Assembly: GCA_021613535.1 (NCBI GenBank)
Contig: CP075495.1
Location: 11,408,001-11,472,000, forward strand
Direction: 5' to 3'
From: Adineta vaga
Taxonomy: Eukaryota > Animalia > Rotifera
Length of the DNA: 64,000 nucleotides
The notes beneath the pieces were generated by a model. It saw nothing but the letters and a program-made list of their open reading frames with translations. It searched no databases and was not told the origin of the DNA. Made by a program: the position numbers and the translations under genes. This document shows, in pieces, positions 51,411 to 64,000 of this stretch (position 1 is its first letter; each line of letters begins with the position of its first letter).

Positions 51411-54212
51411 TTAAAGCGATTTATAATGAGGTAAAACACCTGAAAAATTTCCATTTGCTAATGGGCATCCATCACCTGTTATACCACCTGTTCCCCACCA
51501 CGTTGGAAAAGTTATATTATTATTTTCGAATACGAGAAAGATGAATAGAGCAGTTATAGCAACACCGCAACTCATCGATGCTGAAAATAGAAATGCATAT
51601 CGTTTCCACCAGGAATGTGCATAACGAAATAGTATAAAATTAAAAAAAACACCAACAGCAAACCATGATGGATATTCACCGGCTGGTGCGGCAGGTAAAA
51701 GGCTGAGACCAGATAACATGACAGGAAAATGAATATATTCAAGCCATTTCTTTTCGGGATATTTCTTTTGTAAAAACCAGGCTGGAAATGGTAATAGAGC
51801 ACCAAGAACAAAACCGAAAAGAAGTGGAAAATAAGGAGATGATGGACCAAACATTCGAATCGGACCGATTGCACCCCAAATAATCGAAGCAGAATAAAAT
51901 GCAGTTGGTTTAGGACATTTCCATGAAGCATTTTCTGGAGTACAAATATGTGGAACATTTCTGAGAAGATAAATAGCTACTACATAATTAATAATAGCAG
52001 CAAGAATTGTTGAGAAAATTTGTGTAAGAAACATTGTACGAGGAGGAATCTATGCGAAAAAATCTTATAGATAATACAATATTCTTTAAAATAAAATATA
52101 CCTTCATATAATGACCAAATTTTAAGTTTGAAAGAAGAGAAATAGCTTGTGATTGACTTCCATATGCATAGATTTTAAATGTTACATTACCAATTGGATC
52201 ACCAGAAATCATAATACCAGCAATAAACTCGGCAATAACATTAATTCCTAGGAGAACAGAAAGAAGCTTTTGTTTTTAGTTTCATCTGAAAAGAGAACAT
52301 TCAATTTGAATTTGTTCTTACCAAGACTAATACTTGATACAGCTGCTAACATTCCTGTTGGTAGAATAAAAATAAGAACAAGAATCACAGCAACTAAAGC
52401 ATTAAATTATAATCAATGATTAATAAACTATACATCTGATATATAGAACATACCAAATAGATAATACCAAGACATCAGTTGACCATAATGACAAACAAGA
52501 GCTGATATAATAAATGTTAAAATAAAAAGAATTGTATACCTAAACATATGAAGAAGTAATTTAGATTCTGAATAGAAAAAGCATCATGTTTGAATTCATA
52601 CCACCACGATGGTACTTCACGATATTGAGCCATAAGTTTAGCATGAATATCATTACCAACATTCATTAAAGATGATTGATATTGTTGATAAAATGTTTTA
52701 CCTATTATGAAAAAAAAAGGAAGATTCCTTATGTTTTCAACGATAAATTCATATTTCATACCATCATAGAGTAATGTATGCACTAAGATAGCACTAATAG
52801 CAACAAATTGTATTCCATAACTCAATGCAAACAAAAATGATAAATGCAATGAACCTATGGAAATTATTGCCATAAATTTATCGTATCTATTGAATACAAA
52901 TTTCCTTACCATAACTATTGTAAACTGTTTCATTGAAATTCAATTGAGAATCAAGTACATTACTAACATTATAGATATAACCTTCTTTGGTAAACACTCG
53001 ATATGATGCAATGGGAAATGTTTTAGCATTCCACCAATTTGAATAATATGCAATTGGTGTTATGATCCAAACTACGATAACAAATCCGATCATTATATTT
53101 ATATGTGCCCTAGACGAGAGCATAACAAAGTTTTTTTCTCACAAAAATATCAAAGATTGTCTAACCATAATGGTACAGCAATGGGTGAACCTAAGAATGA
53201 TACCCATGAATTCCAATCTAACTCGAATGAACCAAGTCCAAGACCATTAACACCGGTTACTTGCGAAATAATAATATTATTCGGAAAAATCATACAAAAT
53301 AATGAAAAATATGATAAAACAGGACAGATAAAGCCTGGTATGCAGTACCATAACATTTGAAAAAATAATGCTAGATAAAAGAATTTATATCGAGACATTT
53401 TCCATTGAGAGGTATTTAAAGTTTCATCCTCTATATTATTTTCATGCATTACTCGAAAAAGAGCACAATTAATTAATGTTTTTGGCCAAATAACAGCAGC
53501 AGGCCATATGAGATGTCTTCTCAAAATACCAACTAAACCATAACCGACAATTTGTGATGAAATAATAAAAAATAAACCATTTATATGACTAATAGAATAT
53601 TTATAAAAGATACGTTGAATAGTAAGAACATAAATTCCAGATGCAATACTCTAGAAGAACGAAAATTCAGATAAAAAGTACGAATGAATAGATCATACAC
53701 TAGCTGTATCAGCCATGACTGTAATAATACAATGTTCTTTTATTGTAAATGGACCAGGATTTAATGAAAATGACCATCGTTGCTTACCGAATGGATAGAA
53801 TTTGTGCGTAGGTAATGTAGCAGCAAGTGATTTCCCCAATGGATAAGCTAATAATTGAACCAATAGAGTATCAATACTCATTGGTGATGTACGAAAAGAA
53901 AAAAACTGATTAATAAATGCAAGTATACACGTAAATAATATTCCCAGAATAAACGAACGAAATGTAAAACATAACATGGTAGGATCATCATGATTCGATA
54001 CATTAGCAGCGACTTCTTCATAGGGTGATTGTTCTATAAAAAATGATCGTTCTTCATCATCATCATTATTATCATCAAATAAAAGTGGATGCTTAAAAAA
54101 CAAGAATAGAAGTTTTTGATAATCGTCCTTTTTTTTAACTTACCCGAGCATTTTCTTCTGTTGACGAAAATATTGGATTAATGATCGGATCTTTCGTTGA
54201 TTTTGCCGACAT
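51411..54212 (-). CDS. OPT-family oligopeptide/glutathione transporter (PT clade, ISP4/Opt1-like), about 10 exons
   Basis: SPYEEVAANVSNHDDP and LNPGPFTIKEH signatures, GYGLVGILRRHLIWP, DIHAKLMAQYREVPSWW, GLNVIAEFIAG, NLKFGHYMKIPPR, ASIIWGAIGP, WWKRYAFLFSA. Confidence 0.95.
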
Positions 54213-56714
54213 TCTACTTGAGAATTATACAGTCATATTCATATATCCATGTTTCTATTTGTTATATGTAACCATATGGGATTATTTTGACGAAATAAGT
54301 AATAATCATTCATCATGACTCGATAGACATACTCACTGAAGCGTATCTGTCATAACCGAATGAGAGTATAAACGACTATTTATCGCCTAATATAATGAGT
54401 AGGAATAAAAAAACTTTGTTCTTGGAAATGTGTTCTATATTATTAAATTTAAACTATGTGACAATTTGATAAAAAGTAAGGTTATAATGACAGGAAATAT
54501 CGATATCAGATTTTAATGTTCGATAAAGAATCATTTGATTCAAAACAAACCATAATATTTACTGTTTTATTTGAATATTAGACTTGCAAAATCTAGATAT
54601 TACTGAACAATTTTATTAACATCCGTACGAACAACCATTTGTTGTATTTGACACGTATATTTAGAGTAATACTTCTTTTCTTTGCAAGCTAAAAGTGAAG
54701 TTACGAATTCACTATGAATATTACAATCAGATCTTTCCTTGTATCTACTTCTTGAAAACAAGTCATGAACTCGACTACTCAAAATAGTATCAATGAATCT
54801 CTCTCCGTCATTTGAGTGCATTTGAACAACAGTCATTGTCGTCTTAAAGAAAACAATCATCTACAACTTCTAACACATAGAACTATATCCATCAAGATTT
54901 TTCGTCGAAAGAGTATTGTTTAGTCATTATTTCGATAACTAAACTAAATATGATAGTAATTGACACACTTATTTAGCTTTAAAATTACTTTTTCGAATAA
55001 TCAATGGGACGGAAAAATGGATTTTGTAATGCACATTTTTGTTTGATGTAAATGCATATATTATCTATTTATATCACTGATAAATAATTGGAATACAAAT
55101 ATCAGATGAAACGTATCACATAATTACGTTCATATTACTTTATTTCTCTTTTATTTTAGACTAACACATTAATTTTCATAGAAAACTTCATATCACAATT
55201 CTATCTATCGAATGTTTCTCTGCTCATTTTCCTGTCAAAGATATGAAATCGAGTGTTTAATGTCGATTCTTTTCTTTCCTACGAACAAATGAATAGTATT
55301 TGTTGCTTCAATGAACAAATAAAGACCACGATCTATTACTTATATCATAAAACTTCAATGTTTAGTTTTTATTCAAACGTCACGAGAATTAATTATTTCT
55401 GTTTTCTATCCTATTTTGCTTCTCTCTATATACACAAGATTATTCGTTTATTTTTTCTATTAATGAATACATCTCACAAGTGTTTCACTAAGAAAACCTT
55501 GAAACCATTTCTTAGTAATTTCTATGTGCCACACAAGGTTTTCATGAAAAGCATTCTTAGTGATTTGATGATAATAAAAATAAAGATTTTTTTCTTCCCA
55601 TGATTTAAGACAACGTTTTCTTCCTCTTCGGATATTGTCTAGTGTTTGACATGCAACGAATCAAGGATTTTATACAATAAATACGAGATCATCTTAACTA
55701 TCTATCTTCTTATCTAAAATCTCGTTTTATTTAATCAAATCTCTTTCCCTTTTCTTTCCTTCTCAATTTTCAATTCTAATAATGATCAATATTATGATAA
55801 TAGAGTAATATTTTCCTAATACACCAAAATTCTTTCAATTATTCATCGATTTTCTTTGTTCATGTTGATCTATTATATTCTATAAAGTAACATGTATTTA
55901 ATCATAATTAATAGGTGTATTATTACCGATTTGTAATCTGATGATCGTGTCCATACTATTCATTATTTTAAGTATATATGCGCATAGCATGATAATCCTG
56001 ATTTGAGTTCTTTTTATACATTCTTTTTTTCTTTTGACTTGATTTATCTATCTATCCAGCCGAGATTCAATTATAGAAAAAGCTCTAAGTATGCATGCAG
56101 TTGTACGCTAATAAAATTAGCAAGAGTCAAGAGAGAAGATCTCAAAATAAGAAAAGCACAGTTAATATTCCAACAACTTTTTCTTTCATGCACTTATTCA
56201 TTTCGAGAATTGTTAATCATATCGATATATCAAAAATAACAAGCGAGAAGAGAGAGACAGAGAGTGATTGAAAAGAAATCGCAGAAGACGATCATCATCA
56301 TTTGTCTTCTTCTTCTTTAACAGATAACGAATTAAAATTAATACGTTTTTTTTCTTACTTATAAAAATATCATCATTAACGATATGAATAAACAGAAAAT
56401 AAAGAATGAACAACTAGACAATGAAAAATCATTCACTAGAGTTCCGAGATTCTATTACACACTAAATTTCTATTGTGTATACGAGTCTTCTCATTTGAAC
56501 AGAATTGCAATTGACTTTTTCTCTCTTTATTTTACGTCTACTTAGACTGTTTTTTTCTTTTCTTTCTTTTTCTTTTTATGACTCGATTTCCTGTTCGACA
56601 CTCCAAACGACAAGACGAGAAGAAGAAGAAGAAGAAGAAGGAAGAAAGAAGACTCAAGTTTCGGAAGAAGATATAAGAGAACAAGATGCTTTTCGAATAC
56701 ATTTAATTGTAAAG

Positions 56715-59700
56715 ATGATGGTTGATATTGACAGTCGGATGTTATTCTTCTTGATCATATTTGTCATAAGATCTATTACAAATGGTCAACAACAACAACA
56801 TCATCCGCGCCGATCAGTGGTGACTATTGGTAATACATATTAGCTTAATCTATTTAGTGAAATAGTTACGTCTTTCAATTTACGGAAGACTCTCTCATTT
56901 CTATAGATAAATAGTTAACTGTTTATTAGAGAATTGGATTTTGAACGAATGAAAATCTATATTATATTGTATAGTTTGTGCAGAAAAGGCAGATAGAAGA
57001 GACCAACATTCAGTTTTCTTCTTCTTTCTTTTTGGATGATTATTCACACTAATTAATAATTCTAACTGGTATTTATAATAGATGTAAAATACCTTAGATG
57101 TCTAAAACTCTTCAAAGAGACTGACAGAACAAATTATTTACACTTACTCAACTAGAAAATAATCGATATTGCCTCCAGCATCATATCTCGATGAAACTAA
57201 ACTCAGTTAGATAAGAGTTATGAGAGTTTCATTTTAGTTAACTATCTCTAATGCGTTGTTGTTGTTGTTGTTGTTCTTATTCTAAATCTAATTTACTTTA
57301 GTATTATTTATCGATTATAATGATCCATTATTAAACTATCATATTCAGTCGTTAATTGCTGAATATGAACAAGAATGGATAATATCATCAATTTATTTAC
57401 AAACAAATACTAAATTGAATATTGAAACAATAACATATCAATCTCAAAATCAATTAAAAATATTTGAAAAATGTAATTTATTTATCATTTTCTTTTTAAA
57501 CATTCAATTTTTTTCAATTTAGTATGTTACTTTCTAAATTCAACAACATATTTATTTGGTATAACACATTTTCGTTATCAATCGCCCATTTTTATTCATA
57601 CAATTCTTTCTCAAATGCACATTCCACATATGACGGTATCAATGATAGCAAATAATTCATTAAATAGTTATACATTACAAATGCAAACAAGTTCCGAATA
57701 TTTTAGTATGGCTATACGTGATATTATTGATCATTTTGATTGGGGTTATAATCATAATGAATTAGTTTTTATTTATGAAAAACAATCGAGTAAAACATTC
57801 AGAGAATTCTCGATTGATCTATCGTTGTTTTCTTTTCATATTGTTTTTAAAGGTTTAGATTTATTATCGGATGTTTTACAAATGAGAAATAATCGTCAAC
57901 CAACAGTGATATTGAAAGCATTTGCAATGGAAGCAAAAGATTCGTCAGGATCTCATTTAATATTGAAAGAATTGAGAAATAAAGCTGATCCAACTAAAAA
58001 GATTATTGTCGCTATTACACAAAAATCATTGGATCAATTTCTAGCTGAAGTAAAAATAAAGCGAGTTCTTTTACAGAACAAAAAAAAAACATAATCATCA
58101 TTCTTTTTCTATTCCAAGGCACAAAAAATAGGTATTGTCAGTACTTATTATCATCTACTGATTGTTGGAGTAGTAAGTAGTTAGTAGTATTTCATTAAAA
58201 ATTTTAAAAAAAACATTTCGATTAGGATGCAACTCAATTAAATTGGACAAATTTCTATGAAAGTGGTGTTCAACTAACTAGTTTACAATTAACATCAGCT
58301 AAACCTATTGCAAATTTTCGAGTATGTTTGAATAGTTTGATATCTTAACAAATAGAGTTATTCGATTTTATTTTCATAGATTGAATTAGCATTGATTAAA
58401 GATGCATTTGATACAGTTAAATATATTCTCAGACGATTATTATTTGATGACGATTTTCCGAAAGATCAATATCTTCATCAACAAGAATGTTCATGGAATA
58501 AAATGTTGACGGCAACATCTTATCTAACATTTAAACAACATGTTGGAGAACGATTATTAGAGATAAGTCGAATGGTAATTATTTGAAAATAAATTTTAAT
58601 GTTTATTTTTGTGAATCTCTATTCAGAAATATGTGGAAAAAGAAGAGTTTGTCTTCAGGGAATTATGTATATGTTCAATGCTCTAGCTATCGATTGATCA
58701 ATTTTGAGAGAGATTATCGCATTTTTCGTATCGATAGTCTTTTTTTACTGGTTGCACTTCAGGGATTCATATGCGTCATTAACGATCGTACATTTGATTT
58801 CTTTCGTTTGTGTCTAATTACCATTATGTATAAAGATTCCATAGTTTGATTGAATACTAAACTTCAGCAATGAAGCAGATAGATAGATTATCTACAGTTT
58901 TATTTCAAAATGATATTGAAGTTAAATAATATCACTTTTTTTACTTCTAAAATTGCATAGATAAACTTTTTGGGTACTACTGGTATTGTTGATTTCGATC
59001 GACATGGTTTGCGTAGATCATTACGACTAAAGATACTCGATTTAAGTGATCAAGGTATGGTTGAAATAGGTACATGGACACATAAGAATCGATTAACAAT
59101 TACACAACTTGGTGTACAACAAATGACACAAATTCGTAAACATTTACTTGTTGTAACAAGAGAAGTAATAAAGAATCTTGTGTTTTTTTCTGATCTATTT
59201 TGTTTTCTCTATCAATAGGAAAAACCTTATGTTTCACGAAAAAAAGACAGCAATGGTTCATTTTATTTCGAAGGATACTGTTCGTAGAAATTCATTTCTT
59301 TCTTTTTTTGTTCATTTTATATTAAGAATTTCTTTAGGTATTGATATGCTGGATGAAATCGCTCGAAGATTGCATTTTAATTATTCAATTCATATTGCAG
59401 AAGATGCAGCTTATGGCAAGGAAGACGAAAACGGTCAATGGTCTGGTATTATTGGTGAATTAACACGTCGAGTAAACTTTTCATCGTTATAATTGAACTT
59501 GAAATATTTTTCTAAATTCTTCTGTTTAGACAGCAGATTTAGGTATAGGAGCATTAACGATAACATATCCACGTGAACAAGTCATCGATTTTACTAAACC
59601 ATTTATGACATTTGGTAATGAAACAGCTGAAACTGCCCTTCTCTCATATGTACATTTATATCTATATTAGGTATAACTATTTTATTTCGCAAACCATTAA

Positions 59701-61360
59701 GAAATCGACCAAATTTATTTGCTTTCTTGGCACCGTTAAAATTAGAAGTATGGCTTTTTATCGCTATGGCTTATATTGGTAAAATTATATCTCAGATTCA
59801 GTATCAATCGAATTCGAAGTTGTTTCTTAGGTGTTAGTCTGTTTCTTTTCTCAATGGCACGTTTTTCGCCATATGAATGGCAAAGTCCTCATTCATGTAA
59901 ACGTAATACGGAATATTTAATTAATCGATTTACAATTCTCAATTGTTTTTGGTTTACAATTGGTTCATTAATGAAGCAAAGTATGTCGAAAAAACGTTTT
60001 TTCGTTTTTCTTTATAAATCTTCAATATTTTCTTTGATATTGATTAGCAATTGATTATGGTCCTCGTTCGATTTCGACGCGTGTATTGATCGGTTCTTGG
60101 TGGTTCTTCTCCTTGATTATGATCGCTTCTTACACAGCTAATCTTGCTGCTTTTCTCACAACGAAACGTTTAATCGCACCCATCGATGATATCGAAGCAT
60201 TAGCTAAACAAACGGAGTAGATGATGAGAAATACTTCAAGACTTTTTTTTGTAATCATCCGTTTTCTCTTTATTTAGGATTAACTATGGTGCTTTAAAAG
60301 GTGGTAGCACTGAACAATTCTTTCGAGTATGCTCTACGATGAATTGAATAACAAAATGAAATTTTTTATTGAATAGAGTTCAAAAATTCCCACTTATGAA
60401 CGAATGTGGTATTATATGTCATCACGACCTGAAGTTTTTCCGGACACAACGGAACAAGGAATTGACTGGGTTAAACAACGTAATTATGCTTTTCTATTGG
60501 AATCAGCAACAAATGAATATAATGTTCAACGTCATTGTGATCTTATGCAAGTTGGTAAGTTTTTTCAATCGTAGAAATTCCAAATATACCACTTATGCAA
60601 AAAGAGTATGAAAAATCTTCTTATTTGAATATTAATTTATATAGGCGGTTTAATTGAATCAAAAAGTTATGGTATTGGTACTACACATGGTTCACCGTAT
60701 CGAGATCGTATATCGAATGAAATATTACAATTACAAGAAAATGGTTTTCTTGATAAACTATATCGAAAATGGTGGAAAGAACGAAATGTTCGTGTCGGAT
60801 GTGATGATGGTGATTTCGATAATCGAAAGAAATCATTTACAAATGAACTTGATTTGAAGAATATAGGTATGAGACTTTCTCGATTGTTTTTTTTTAATCA
60901 ATAAATATTCATGATATTTTCTATTCAGGTGGTATTTTCGTCATGTTAATAATTGGCCTTTCATTTTCATTTATTGTCACATCTTTGGAGTTTTATTTCA
61001 AAGCAAAACGACGTCGATTATTAGATGGAGTAAACTTATTCGATTTCTATTTCTTTTCATTGAAATATGTTGTTTTTCCTTCCTTCCTTTCTTCCTTTCT
61101 AGAAATCAACTACAATTAAAGAACGTTTGAAACATGATCTTCATTTTGCTCTATGTACGAGTTGTACATCAAGTCGACCGACGTATATTCATGAAAAAGA
61201 CGATAATGAGAAAGATGAAATAACCGATGAAATTTGCGGAGATTTCCATACAAAATCGAATAGTATACAAAATCTTCCTCGAGAAACAATTTCATGCATT
61301 GATCATGATCATGTTACACTTGTACCTGTAAATCATTTATCTCGTCATCATGTTACTTAA
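56715..61360 (+). CDS. Ionotropic glutamate receptor (kainate/AMPA-like) with ATD, multi-exon
   Basis: Signal peptide, [53 protein letters not shown]2 [14 protein letters not shown]3 [38 protein letters not shown]4 NIGGIFVML. Confidence 0.95.
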
Positions 61361-61741
61361 AATACAGATATTTACCCTTTAGATAAAACTTATATTTTCA
61401 TAATATATAGCTTTTCTTTTGTTTTCTCTTTTTTTTCAAAAATAAAAACATTATTACAAAAACGATCGATGTTTATGTGCAATGAAAATCATATTTCTTT
61501 GATCTTAATCATCAAAAGAAACAATCATTTAGCATCACATTCTATTCGAAGTTTCATCCATTATGGAAATATATATATTATCATAAACCTCTAAGATATT
61601 TTTCATCATCAACGACAATGATTGGAAAAAAATCGAACGATTAGTCAGCAATTATTCGACTACTGATAACGAAATCTCGTGAATAAAATAACCATCTGGA
61701 TTGATAAATCAATATTTTTATTTTCTGTAACACAAGCAAGA

Positions 61742-63850
<2,109 letters not shown>

Positions 63851-64000
63851 ACTTTTCTTTTCTTCTATTAAAACAAAATAAATGATGATAATAATAATGC
63901 TTTGATGTAATCGCAGACATTCTGCAAATTTGTTTCAATGAATAAAAATTTTGAATTCAATATTTTTCTTGTTTATTCGAGAAAGAAAAAACAAGCAAAG

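Noticed and set aside
54300-56500. ORFs 54600-54860, 55253-55603 and 56003-56239 in the OPT-iGluR intergenic region
   Set aside because: No motifs or supporting exon structure; composition matches non-coding DNA.

Overview
Very AT-rich, gene-dense eukaryotic DNA with many short (~50-65 nt) GT-AG introns and no recognisable transposon. The small introns, a eukaryotic RNA-dependent RNA polymerase, and intron-containing genes of non-metazoan type among ordinary animal genes point to a bdelloid rotifer; that is an inference, not a database result. I can support about 21 protein-coding loci. In order: RdRP (+), GFRP-fold protein with acidic tail (-), ninjurin (-), exportin-6 (-), MMADHC (-), intronless GH3 beta-xylosidase (+), LMAN2/VIP36 (-), ICE1-like (+), bacterial-type putrescine aminotransferase PatA with 6 introns (+), a 5-exon orphan (+), SSR3 (+), two tandem Ly6/three-finger genes (first has an in-frame TGA), a stand-alone CH-domain protein (-), SET/TAF-I (+), GEX1/KAR5/Brambleberry-like nuclear-fusion protein (+), M19 dipeptidase (-), RING-H2 ligase with SIM-like motifs (-), E(z)/EZH (+), a 2-exon orphan missed by the ORF track (-), plant/fungal-type OPT transporter (-), an iGluR with Lys at the Q/R site (+), and CSL/Su(H) (+). 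Best leads: the karyogamy-family gene in a probably asexual lineage, the two foreign-type genes (PatA, OPT), the GFRP-fold/acidic-tail protein, the unusual iGluR pore loop and a cryptic 58-aa repeat in ICE1. Family calls come from motif recognition and hand splicing, so boundaries may be off by a few bases.
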